Positions 37,318 through 49,669 of a stretch of DNA of 64,000 nucleotides are shown in pieces (position 1 is the first letter of the stretch; each line of letters begins with the position of its first letter). Made by a program: the position numbers and the translations under genes. Under the pieces are notes generated by a model. The model did no database searches, had not been told where the DNA came from, and worked only from the letters and a program-made list of their open reading frames with translations. The stretch spans positions 1-64,000 of the forward strand of contig JAAILG010000791.1 of the NCBI GenBank assembly GCA_012026655.1. The letters run 5' to 3'. This stretch comes from Hydrolagus affinis. Taxonomy: Eukaryota.

Positions 37318-38580
37318 CTAGGGGCCTGAACAATTCCTGTCAGCAGACAATTGGAATGTGAGGAGAGAGCCTCACCACCAGTCTGAATCCCCTCCTCATT
37401 CATCTCACATGTAACAGCAACCAACAGCAACCAACACTCAGTGGTCAGCAAAACATGAGCCGTAACCACACATGTCTTCGCATAGAAGGTTGCAGAGAAG
37501 AAATATTACAAAGCAAAGTCTACTCATTTCACTGTGGTAAAGACTGACACAGTACTTAATTTAAAAAACTTGTAATCTGATCATCTGAAATGCAATGAAA
37601 CCACTTACTAATTTTTTTTCCAGTTTGTAAGAATGAATATCGGTCTATCATGATTTGTAGATGACCTAGTATCTAATACTTCCAATGGTCAAACCTTTTT
37701 ATTTCTGTGCTTTATATTTTCCCACAGCCAATGGTGATATAGCAGAGGGAAAGATGTTCTTCTCTGATGACCCTATGGATGTCCGTGGGTCCATTCAGTT
37801 TTAAACTAACACTGAGATTTAGCTCCACTAAGTCCTGTAAGTTAAACCCGTGCTAAATGAGAAGCCAGCAGCAATAGAACCATCGGCAGAAAACGTTAGC
37901 CTGACCCAGCTCTCTGCACACAAATTAAAGCTCAGAGTGACAGATATTTCTGTTTCTCCCCTTTCCCATCACCGGACGGCTTCAATCTTGATCCGTTCAA
38001 CTCAGCTAAAGATTTGATTGTGATGCTTGGCAAGGGATGTGCTACAATCATATCATTAACTGTAGAGAACTGAATTCTGCCAACAAAAGGATTCTCTGTA
38101 TTCCCTTTAAGGATTTCTGTCCACTGTTACTAGGTTGCCTAGGTGACAAAACACACTTTTATATTTGAATGCAGGTTCTCTCTCGACTTCATCAGATCTA
38201 ACGCATAACACAGTGCTTTGCAGAAATTCTCAGCTACCAACAGCAGCTGCTGAAACTCATTAACTTTTTTTCTCCAGGTTACTACCTGAACAGTCTGGAA
38301 GCCAAGGCAACGTGAAATATTCTGATCATCAGTAAATTCCTTTTTACAACCCCTGCTGGTCTGCAGCACCCTGATCTATTAATGATTGTTGTGCCTGAAG
38401 GATGTAAATCGACCTTTTGATAGAAAGCATTGAAGATTGCTCTATATCAAAGTTCTATTGCATAACATTGTGGCTTTTGCTTTTCATTTGAAAGGTGAAT
38501 TTCAATCAAATACCCACTAATCAAATACCTACTAACAGGTGATGGGATTCACTTGCAGCACTGCCTTTGGATCACAACAT

Positions 38581-38629
38581 AAAGAAGGTTCTGACGAAGG
38601 GTCGTGGACCTGAAACGTTGACTCACTTT
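38581..38629 (+). ncRNA. Minimal type I hammerhead ribozyme motif (PLE-associated)
   Basis: GGUU-CUGACGA-A-GGGUC(gug)GACCU-GAAA-CG-UU-GACU: both catalytic boxes intact, 5-bp stem II, palindromic ACGU in place of stem III, wobble-rich stem I. Confidence 0.6.
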
Positions 38630-38689
38630 CCTTTCTCAATAGATGCTGCCTGACCTGCTGGGTGTTCCCAGTGATTTCTGTTTTTGTTG
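38591..38689 (+). mobile_element. Penelope-derived 3'-end insertion (99 bp) with 12-bp TSD
   Basis: ATAAAGAAGGTT at 38579-38590 and 38690-38701; the insert ctgacgaagggtc..gacctgaaacgttgact...agatgctgcctgacctgctg..ttcccag..atttctgttttt resembles chondrichthyan PLE termini. Confidence 0.8.
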
Positions 38690-39467
38690 ATAAAGAAGGT
38701 TGTATTGTTTTAAACATGAGAAAGTTCAGGGAGCCAGAATAGAAATGATTCCTGGCAGCTGCGCCAGCAAATAATATATTTCTGAGGTTGCCCATTGTTG
38801 CATGACCTTGACGCACATATTACTATGACTGGTCACATGGCCCAATGACAGTTAAAGAAGTCAGAACCATTTTCAAAGGAGCAGTCTGCCACAGTAAACA
38901 TTTGCCACATACGATAAAAGATGGTCCATCCCTCCCCAGATTAACTAAAAGAGAATTAAACCTTTTTTGGAAAAAACATTGATATTTTTTGTTGAAAATC
39001 AGGGAATAAAAATGAGCCATCAATCATCCATTAGACAAAGCCCACAGCCTGACCTTTACAATCTTTCATTGAATCTTTCCCATTTGGATTAGGTGACAGC
39101 CGGATGTCTGCTGTACAGATGAAAACTGCTACAATTTTGATAATCCTTCATGAGAATACTATTGTTGAACAGTAAGGATAAATGTAACATAACTGAAAAT
39201 TTTCAGAGGATTCAACAAACAGCATACAATGCAACCGAAAGCACTAGGCAATAATGCATAGAAAGGTGCAGACTTATCAATGGTGAATTTGGCTTAAAGT
39301 AAAGCTAAGTGAAAAAACAAACAACAGAATCTTAAAAAGTACATTACAACAAGGTGTGTGTGCCAGCCAAATCACTCACAATGTACACAATGTTTTCTCC
39401 AGGATCTACTGGACATAACTAAAGGTCACAAAACATAATTTCTGTTAAGATTAGCATATATCATATA

Positions 39468-39532
39468 CAACAACAACACAATTACACTTTTTTAGTGCCT
39501 TTCACGTCAGGAGGACTTCCCAAGGCGCTACA
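39468..39532 (-). mobile_element. L2 3' tail fragment
   Basis: (caa)n aattacac...gcctttcacgtcaggaggacttcccaaggcgct. Confidence 0.7.
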
Positions 39533-39702
39533 TAATATATCATGAGAGAGATAGATAAATATTAAGAGGGCAATCTTATTATGATGTGGTTGTCTACATC
39601 CAATATCTCACCAAATGTATTCTTAGTAAAGCGTGAAAAATTGTTGTCGCAAACAGCATTCTTTGTGTGTTCTGTACATATGCACAGGAAATGCTGCTGC
39701 AT

Positions 39703-39865
39703 TCTCCTCTTCGACCGAGCCTTCAGTCATCCTCCTACCCGTACTCTCGACGCTCTCTACCCCTCCTGACCCCAACCACCAATTTGGGTGCGGATCCCTG
39801 ACTGTCGGACGCATTAGGAGATTCCTCCTGACGTGGAAGTACAAATGCAATTCGGTGTTGTTGCT
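39703..39865 (+). mobile_element. L2 3' end (ORF2 C-terminus plus 3' UTR)
   Basis: LLFDRAFSHP, then gcattaggagattcctcctgacgtggaag..caaatgcaattcggtgttgttg. Confidence 0.65.
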
Positions 39866-41716
39866 GAGCACAAGAAGCACAGCTGACATCAATCACTTCA
39901 CATGTGTACATATTTTCACGTCCAAATACACTAACAATTTGACATCCTCTGACGCAACAGACGCTATATCAATTGCAAGGGTTCTTATTACTTTCACTAC
40001 AATTATATGAGCAGATTTTACCTACAAACAGCAGACACAGTCAACGAGTAAAGTCAGAAAATAAAGTTCCATTTGGATCTTGGAAACAACTGCACAGCAG
40101 GACCCCACACCGGGTCACCGGGATATAAACACATTGTCTGTGCAGCCATGTTAATGGAGTCTAACAGTAGCCTCTCAATGTTTATTTAACAGGTTACTAT
40201 TTTTGAAATTACAGTATACTCTACTTGTTGTATCAATTCAAAGTAAAATTTTCACAAATGTAACCAGAGAATAAGATATGGTGAGTCCACATAAAAACAC
40301 CCACTAGGACAAAGCTAATTTGTTTTAAAATGTGCTTATTTAGGATTTAATACAATATAATAGAGCTGTTTAAGGTTGCTAAAACAGTAGTCTGACATTT
40401 ACTGTGGTTGGACTGTTAGGTACTGAATAATGAGGTGTTAAACTGACTAATTTTGATTTACATTTAATAGAATAGCATTTACAAAGGAACGATTGTAACC
40501 ATTAATCTGCTGTCTGAATGCAAATTGTGTGTACAGACCGCAAAACCATGAAGTTATGGCATGTTTATATTGTAAAGGTGCAACCTCTTAAAGCATTATG
40601 GTATTCCCAGTAGCATTTCTTCTGGAACCACTTACCACTGTGTCCAGTGTTGGGTCTGGAGACCACAGGATCTGGGACAGCAAGGCACATTCTATTGCCA
40701 TGAGGTATGTTGATTGCAATATTTTTTCAGAATGGGGTGGAGCATCAATCTAATACAATGGTACAACATACATTTATATAGGTCCTTTCCTAAAGGCTCC
40801 TATGCAAAACAGATGAAGACATAAGGATCTTATTGCAGATTCTACTAACCATGTGTAAAAGCGTGTGTACAGAGGGAATTACAGGTGTCCTTAATCATGT
40901 AATTAACTCATAAAGCTTTACAGAAAATTACATGTGTGAAGATACCAGTAATTCCTTTTGTACTTAAATTTATACATAGTTTGTCCAACCTATAAACCAG
41001 ATCGCATTGAGTTCACCTCAACATTTATACCAATCCTTTCTAAAAACACTGTCCCAAAAATCGCAAATACACATTAAATAAATGATCCCGGGTGTTTCCT
41101 ATGATTGTGAGAAAGCACCAGATGAGTTAAATTGATCATTGTTTTTACTTCTGCGCAGTTCTATATCAACGTGCCACTTATTAAGTGAAGCTGTAACAGA
41201 ATTATTTACAGCTAACTTTTAAAGTCTTTAGAACCCTTTATTATTGTCAGTATTATCCAGAGAGAATAGGGACAAAATAACATCATATTCAAAGCTTTCA
41301 TCTTCTGTAAATGTGTTTAATATACATTTATATCAGTTTCATAAGTCTCCTTGGAGCATATTTGCACAGTATCCTTCATTTCCTCGTTCTGATAGCATTG
41401 ATCAATTGCATATAAGAGCCTTGATGAGTGTTAAGGGTGTGCGGAATGTTGAGGTTCTGTTGTTACCTGAGGTGGTGGTTTAAAACACTGATTTGTTTAT
41501 TTTTCAGTGGGGAGAATTAACGGGAGCAGCGGGGATGGGTAATTCGACTTTGGTGATGTTTTCAGCTGTGATTCAAGATGAAACACAAATGACTATCTAA
41601 TGCAGCTGAGCCCCTCTTCAGATTAGTAGTCAGAATCATTTCTGTGCAAATGAGATGAGCTCTGTGAGTCCACACAACACCAACTTGCATTTATACATCA
41701 CCTTTCACTATTCTGT

Positions 41717-41816
41717 NNNNNNNNNNNNNNNNNNNNNNNNNNNNNNNNNNNNNNNNNNNNNNNNNNNNNNNNNNNNNNNNNNNNNNNNNNNNNNNNNNNN
41801 NNNNNNNNNNNNNNNN
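41717..41816. other. Assembly gap (100 N)
   Basis: Run of N. Confidence 1.
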
Positions 41817-42100
41817 CATGGAAGCGGGATTAAGGGAAGTGGGGGGGAAAAGATGTCAAGGGGAGGGGTCGGGGCATGGGGAAGGAGAGCAGGAAAGAAA
41901 AGGGGGGAAGAGAGAAGAGGTAGAGAAGGGGAAGAGAAAGTGGGGAAAGGGAGTGAGGGAAGAAGAAGAAGAGGGGGAGGGAAAGGCTAGGGGCATGGGG
42001 GGGGGGAATCAAATAACAACAATAAACAACAACAATAAACAACAAAAGCAAGAATATTAACCATAAAAACAATAACAATCAGCAACCAACAATAATCCAG
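41817..42100 (+). repeat. Purine-rich low-complexity tract followed by an (AAC/AAT)n tract
   Basis: Almost entirely G/A at 41817-42008, then aacaacaataa repeats. Confidence 0.9.
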
Positions 42101-42496
42101 CAACTGCTCATTCTCCCCGCCGCCCTCCCAGATGATCTTCAAAATGGCGGGAAACAGGGCCCAGTGTGACGACGGGCCCGAAAACCGACCGGCTCCTCAG
42201 CTGGTGTACTCGGCGACTTGGGCAACAGTGAAAAGAAGAATGAGAGATTTAAAGATGTTGACCAAAGCCATTGTTGATAAGATAAACTTTTTTTTTAAAA
42301 AAGGAGGGTTTTGAAGGGAGAGAAGGCAAACGTATTATTTTTGATAAATGGTTTGAGCAGGAATTAGGTGGCTCAGGTACAATAGTGGAATGAAAAGAGT
42401 GCAGGAAGCAAAAGGTCATTCATAAGAGCAGAATGCACTAAATGCCTTGATCAGATGATGAGCTGAGCTCATAAGCAATGGATATAAACGTGTGGT

Positions 42497-42944
42497 GTCA
42501 GCCTGGCTTGGTTCATAGCTCTCTTGATTCAAAAAGTTATGGGCTCATGCCCCACATCAGGATGTTGAACTGACGTGTAGGGTGATCTGACACTCTAATA
42601 CAGTCCTGCAGGAGCACTGCATTGTTCGAGGTGCTGTCTTTCAGATTAGGTGTTACACAAAGATCCCTTCCTCTTGTTTAGGTGAACGTTAAAGATCCTA
42701 TGGCACTATTTCATTATAGAAGGGAGTTTCTCCCAGTGTCCTGGCCAACAATCCTTCAGGAAAAAAATGGGCACTTGCTTCATTGCTGTTTGTGGGACAT
42801 CGCTGTGCAAAAATTTGCTGCCACATTTGCCTACAAAATGCATAATCACTGCACTTTGCAATAAATCCTGTGAAGTTCTTTGAGTCATCCTCCCAACATG
42901 ACAGGCACTGTATCAAATGCAAGAATTACTAGTAACTATTATTA
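42497..42944 (+). mobile_element. Old DeuSINE, full length (best copy)
   Basis: gtcagcctggct head; ctgacact..cagt..gcaggagcactgcattgttcgaggtgctgtctttcagat..aggtgaacgttaaagatcctatggcactattt..gaagggagtttctcccagtgtcctggccaa..gctgtttgtgggacatcgctgtgcaaaaatttgctgcc; tail. Confidence 0.85.
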
Positions 42945-43369
42945 TAATAGTCCTTTTTGAAGTATTTAAATCTTTCGCTGGACCGTTAAAAGTTCTTGCA
43001 GCATAAATAAGTTCCAGCTGTTTAAAAATGGTAGTTTAATGTTTCTGTTGATTCTTTTGAAACACAGACCTTGTTTTGTGAACATTTCATTTACAAAACG
43101 GGACAGGTGCATCTTTACATTTGATTGAAGACAAATGTAAACAACATTTCAGATCTCAATGAACCATTCTGTACTGAAGTGTGTTATTACCTTGAATTGT
43201 TTCTATTTGCATGTAATGTCCACTGGATATTTATACTGCGGGAGCTCCAAGGGAAATGAGACAAATGTTATCTTGAAGATAACCCAATTTTTAACCTTTC
43301 CCTATGAGGAGGCCAGAGTCAAATTATTATCAGACCAAAGTAACCATAGATTGAAGTAAGCAGTGATTC

Positions 43370-43560
43370 TGTTAACAACAGGGTTTCTGCATCGCGCTCT
43401 GCACACCACCGATTGCATAGATTTGCAATCGACATATAAATTCCATTAAAATAAAAACAGGTTGCTTAGGTAAAATGAAAATGGCCTTAAAATAATGTGA
43501 AATGAAGATGAATTGATACAAAAGGACAACGCTTCCTTCTGAGCCTGTGATTGTTTGCAC
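43370..43560. promoter_or_regulatory. Candidate conserved non-coding element
   Basis: TE-free with retained CpGs; dyad CGATTGCA-n6-TGCAATCG (43410-43431) and AT-rich homeodomain-type sites. Conservation not tested. Confidence 0.25.
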
Positions 43561-43739
43561 TCCTCTCCCCTCATATCAATCCTGTTTTGTGGAATACCAT
43601 GAACAATTCTATTTTTACGTTCTAGATATTAAATCCTCAGGGTTACTAGCTGGGAGCATTGGGTGCATTTTTTTTTAAATGATGAAACCCAGGTGAATAG
43701 TCAAGATCCATAAGGTGGTACATTACCTACCAAGGCTGA

Positions 43740-44110
43740 AAGAGAGAAGGTATCCTTTCTCCGCTGGGAGCTGGGTTGGAACTTGTCATGACTAATGGGA
43801 TAAAAGTCTTCACTCTCTGGCAGCTATTAAGAATCCTAAATGAAGTAACCATGGCCTGCCTAATTCTGGTTCTTAGTGTGCATGAGTGAGCGGCACAAAA
43901 CTGGCCATAATTCAGTACTAATTGGCACTAACTCTGCACTGAGCACTGACTCAGAAAAGCCATAAGGATAGATGTTGTAAGGAAATGTAAATGTCACACT
44001 AGTGCAATAGCAGAGGTCTTCTGAAAGTGGAATTGTAGAATATTATGGAATAGTGATAAGTAACCTTAACTTTCACCGACTCTACACTTGATTTTATGAT
44101 GCTGTCACTG
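43740..44110 (+). mobile_element. Ancient LF-SINE-like relic
   Basis: Colinear blocks aaagtcttcactctctggcagct / cctaaatgaa / ggttcttagtg / cacaaaac / tactaattggcac recall the LF-SINE body. Confidence 0.45.
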
Positions 44111-46954
44111 AGTACAAATAATATTTACATATTATTGGGAAGAAGTGAACCCTAAGCTGGATTTAAATTTACAATGATTTACATACAAAACTTGAAACTT
44201 GAGCAAGTCTGAGATCATGTAAGGGTTACGGTGTATTTCTAGCTATTGCTCAATTGTCTGGAAGAAACAGTGATCAGACAAGTTAACCAATGCTACGGTC
44301 AGCTGGTTGATGATACAGTTTGATACTACAGATTGGATCATGCACTTGATGGGTTCTTGCTGGAATCCTGAATATATCAGTGACAGGAAAGGTGAGCCTT
44401 GTCACCTTCACAGCTGCTGGAAGGTCATTTTTAACTAAAATGTTCCCTCTCTCTAAATCAGCCTGAAAGGTGTGACATAAGATCTGCGGTTGGATTACTG
44501 ACATTGTATTATTGTAAATATTGCTAGACTGGAAGTGTCAGGAGTTAAAGTGACATCTATATATTCTGCTTAAATGATTTGACATTCTTCTTTTGCCCTT
44601 CCTCTTTTGCTATTTTGTCCTTAAGCTCCACCAAAAACCATTATTTAGATATATGTAAGAGCTTTGTGCAACAGGATTGTGATACAAATGGTTATCTACG
44701 ATTATAATTTCCTACATTCAAATCCAGCCCAATAGAAAAAAACTATTTTATTTAATAAAACTCCTGCCTAGCTGTAGGAGTCTTATCTAAATAGCTTTGA
44801 GCACTTTTAGCCCAGTTTTTTCTGGTGAAAGATGACAGGATTAAAACTGATTTGGCAAAGGTGACAAATAAAATAACTTACATTGGTGCAGTGTGCAATG
44901 TTCTTCTGGGGCTGGAATTCGGCATATTATTGGGAAGAAGTGAACCATAAACTGCATTTGACAGCGCATTACTTCATATGAAAATGCTCAAGTTTGGTCA
45001 AAAGTGGGAACAGTTTCTGTTGCCCATTGCTGGTATCAATGCCTGATCAGCTTTTCACTAAGTAGTGAATGCCTATTATGCATCACATCACCAAAATCAG
45101 TCCAATTTGGGGTAGGCATAATTTCTCCCATTATTTGAAGCTAAATTGTTTCCTGCTTGGTAAATATTGGTCAAGAAATTAGGGTGCATTGCTTAAATGT
45201 TATGTACAAAAAAAAAGCAAACTTGAGAATCAAACAAAATTGCCTTATACACTTGAGCAGCAAAGGGTAAATGAGACTTAAACACTTCAGGCCCAGTACA
45301 TTAATGGCATATTGATAGTCATTCATATAAAGGGGGAAAGTTAATTTTACAAATCTAGCAGGGGGTAAACAACAAATACTTTAAAAAATATATATAAACA
45401 CTGCTTCAGAATGAAGTTTACTTTATGCAAATGCTGTAAAATATAATACTTTAATCACACGTCGAGTTACTTTTATTTGATTTGTTGTACCATGAACTTC
45501 AGCAGGCAAAAGTGAAGACATAGTGTGTTAAAGTAATTTATTGACTTGTACAGTGTACTGAGAATTATAGCTGTGATGTCCCCTTAGTCCTGTAATGCTA
45601 AGCAGTCAGCAATCTATCATCGCGGTCCTTGAGTGCTTACTGTGCTACAATTGCCAGAAGGTGTAATAAAACAAATAATCACAGTCATTTTGTGGTAATA
45701 GCGCTTCTTTGCTGTCTTGTGCAACAAAAATAATCTCTGAACCCTGGAATCATTAAAACACTGAAGAATCTCCATTTAATATTCAAAATATCGCAGCCAG
45801 GTGAGCGATCATTTCCTCATGAGCATTCATACTCAACCAGAATCTCTCCCTCTCCCAGTTCCAATGGAACCCTCATTCACATCTACGTCAACACTAGACT
45901 ATTCAACTACTGATGTTGCTATATGCGCTCAGTTAATCAGGGTGGAATGAGGGCACAACAATTGTCCTCAATACCATTGGGTAGGGACGCAAATAAATAT
46001 CCTGGGTTTGTTTCTTGCTGCTGATGATCACCTGTGACATTGAGTGAGGAAGAGATCAGCTTTGGCCATGGTTCTCCACCCCCACTTCCTGGGTGTGGTA
46101 CCACAATCTATTGACAATCACTGACAAGCTCACATGTTAAAAAAAGACCCTTTGAGCGAGGTACAAGAGAGCAGCTGGCGCCCATGGACCCACACAGAGC
46201 ACAAGTCAGAATGTTCAGGCAAAGGAGATAAAATTAATGCATTAAAGAGACACCACTTTCTTTTACAAGAAAAAAAATAGAAGCCAGTTTTGTACTCATG
46301 TTCAGTAAAAGCTTGGCATTTCTGCAACAGAATGGAATTTTTACAAGTCAACGGTCATTTATTTCACACATGAATGAAAATCTTCTTGAGAAGGGCCAAG
46401 AGGTGCATGAAACTAAGCCAATTTGAATTAAAACTGGAGTTCATTTAAGGGGCTCATGTCTAGTCTGACGACCTTTTCTTTGTTTTTGTCACAGAGAGCA
46501 TCCTCTGATAATTCCTAGTTATGTCTGTCTTCTTCCCCATTGCACTCTTGAGGTCATCTAAGGTCATGTTCAGTCATAGACAAATGCTGACAACCAGTCA
46601 CTTTTGACACTGAAGCAAACAGATCAGAGTGGAAGTAGGAAAATCCAGCCAATGTGGATCACAGACAATCTCATCTATAAAGAACTACCCATCTTGATGG
46701 AGATGTACAGTGATACTTTTTTCACTCCCCTCTATCTACATTTTATCCAGATCACTTATACAAGTAACATCCACAACTGTCATTGAGTTTCTCCTTCAAA
46801 TTCTTTTGAGAAAGCAAATTTGAGCAGAGTAACCCGATCAGCATGCTGAAGGGCAACTGTAGGTCTCAAAGCTGTCTTTTGTGTAGACTAACAATGCTGG
46901 GATCAGAAATCTGAAACCACAACAAAAAGCAGGGTCATTGCACACACCTTGTTT

Positions 46955-47240
46955 TAATAATAATACTAATAATCCGTGCATTTGATATAGTGCTTTTCAC
47001 GTCTTCCAGACTTCTCAAAACGCTTCAAAGAACATACTGTAAAGTGAATTTGTGGGCGAAATGCGTCAGCCAATTGTGCACAGCAGGGTCCCACAAACAG
47101 GCATGGATTGAAGTGACCAATTTATTATTATTTTTTCTCTTGAGGGAATATTATCACGCGTGTCGAGTAAGGAAACTGCCCAAGGTTTCACCCTGCTGGG
47201 AATCAAACCCAGCTAATGAAAGTAGATCGCTCTATTATTG
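46955..47240 (-). mobile_element. Young SINE
   Basis: Reverse complement of the reference copy, with a degraded head. Confidence 0.88.
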
Positions 47241-47604
47241 GGCTCATAAGCGTTCCTGTGGAAAGTAAAGTGCCTATTAAATGGACTCAACGTAAGAAAT
47301 GAATTTCTCCTTTCGTTACGAGAACAAATGCACTAAATAAGAGCAGACAAATGGCCAGTATATGGAGAATAATGGATGCTCTGCTGGGAATTATGAGACC
47401 CATAATTCAAATGAGGCCTAATGACGTCATACACAGTGCAATTGCTACGATTGTAGTTTTGAACATCATCAAATTACCTGATATTGATTCACAGCCTTTG
47501 AATCTCTCTTCATAATGATATTGATTAGTTTATATTAACCACAGTTTATTTGTACACAAGCTGCATTTCCAAAGGTTTTTTAAAAATAAAAATCGGTTAC
47601 GTAC

Positions 47605-47677
47605 CTTTCTGAAAGCTGGAAGGAGAGGAAACAGCAGAATGATATTCCAATGACATGCACAAAGAGGCACAAGACAC
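47605..47677 (-). other. Candidate internal exon (73 nt), host gene unidentified
   Basis: Acceptor ttatttatttgatttccag and donor AAG|gtacgt; open in all three frames (e.g. VSCASLCMSLEYHSAVSSPSSFQK). Confidence 0.35.
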
Positions 47678-47861
47678 CTGGAAATCAAATAAATAAGAAC
47701 ACGTGACTCACGAGGGGCATAATAAGGTTAATTCCTGTTAATTGAATAATAAGGTTTTTAAGCCATGGTTTATGTAGTAATTATATACTACCAATGCATG
47801 TTATAGTGTAGAGGGATTGTGCCAGTAAAACAATACCTCTTACTTTTTCAGGTAAGCAACG

Positions 47862-47966
47862 TAATAATAATAATAATAATCCTTGCATCTGATATAGCAC
47901 TTTTCATGACTTCTAGATGCCTTTCACAGAATATATTGTAAAGTGCCCATTTTGTGGGCAAAATGT
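47862..47966 (-). mobile_element. SINE tail fragment
   Basis: (taa)n tccttgcatctgatatagcactttt... Confidence 0.85.
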
Positions 47967-49669
47967 GAAATGTTTGCTTTGAATATTTGAAAGCATTGGT
48001 ACAAGAGTCATATTATAGTGTGAGTTAACAATTGTCAGATTTATAATTGATAATCATTTTACAAGAAGACACTTTGTCAATATATTCCACCCCATCCCCA
48101 TTTCCTTTCTAAGTCACGAAAGAAACTATACTATATCCTAATATGGAAAGCAAGTTGGTTCATGGTTGTAATCAGCAAAAAGCCTGTAAGTTACATTATT
48201 CTACCTGTCAGTAAGCCTTGCACGTAGAATGTCTGAGTTTTATTTCTTCCCATACCTGCAGCTAACATTTCACATTATCTCTAAAGGTATAATTGAACAT
48301 GATTCTGTTGTTCAATATTTTATTGACAGATACCTCACAGACTGGTGGTGTTATGACAGGGAAGATAATTATTTCATGGCATGATTTTGCAGAGTTGTTG
48401 ATGTCTGTTGGGATTTGTTTTTGCATAAATTAAGATGCAGAATATTTAATCAGTGTCCTGTGGAACTCACGTGACTCGCTCCACTGAGTGAAGTGTGAAA
48501 TAACAGAGCTTTGTGCTTATCATCGAATAAACGGCACTTTATTTTCAACCAACCCATTTCTTCTAACCAGTTTCACATTGAAACTGAATCACGGCACGCA
48601 ATGCAGAATTGAGCTCTGATCTCCGCTTTCTGCATCCATTTCATTTGTGTCAGGAAAAATACTCTATGTGCTCCTGCCAATGTACGTAAATATGTGGTTT
48701 CAAATGAACTGGCAGAACTCTGCGCGTATCCACTGCAGGGATTTTACTGCTTGCCTGCAAAACAGCACCAGCACAATACCCTTGTGTATTAAAACACTCA
48801 TTAATTCTAATCTGTGCTGCAACAAACCACAGCAGTCACAGCCGACTGTCAAGTAACAATCCCAACATTCACTGAGGCCACAGCAAATAGGAATTCTGTA
48901 ATCGAATGTGAACTATGGACTTTGAACAAAGCACGTGTGTTTGCTGACAGAATTATGGAATTTGTTTCAACTGTCTTCCAAAAAGTGATGCATTGCTGTG
49001 ATTGTCCCTACAGATCAAACACCTTCACCCTGCATTAAGTTAATTTTTTGCTAAGAAAAAGTCTTATTGTCATAATTGAATGGATTTAATTGTGCGATGC
49101 CTTCTTTCCTGGTTAAAGCCAACTTGCTGGAGGGCAGCAATAAGGATGCATTCTACCAGTGAAACTGTAATAGAAGGTAACTTGCTGATTTCATTATTTA
49201 CTGAGTACAAATGTTGGCTGCACTGGTAGTGATTGTGCTACAACCGTTCATGCCCAGAGGGACTAATTACTCCATTTATACTAAAACAAGCAAGGAAATA
49301 TTTTCCACAACTTTGCAGTGCCAAGTTTACAGAGAGTAAACCCTAGATATTACACAGATTGATATTTCATTGCGCAAAATAATTACTGATTTTGAATAAT
49401 TGTGACCTGTTTATTCATATCCTTGGCTTATTCTTTCACACAGAAAAAACAAAATATGTTGCATCCTTAGCAGTGTTACAAACTCCAGAAAACAGTCAAC
49501 TCCTGCAGTATAAACATGCCATCAGCAAATGGAGCTGGATGGTGCATTACACCAAAACATTGTCTTTTCATCTCCAGATGTAGTCTCAAATTCAGACAAT
49601 ACAAGTGAAATCGAATGAGTTTTAAGTTATAGCTGTGGAAGGCATCTGTCCACCTGGAGTATTAACTTT

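Noticed and set aside
42150-42195. Hammerhead-like GUGACGA...GAAA
   Set aside because: The first core base is wrong and there is no room for stem II or a stem I.
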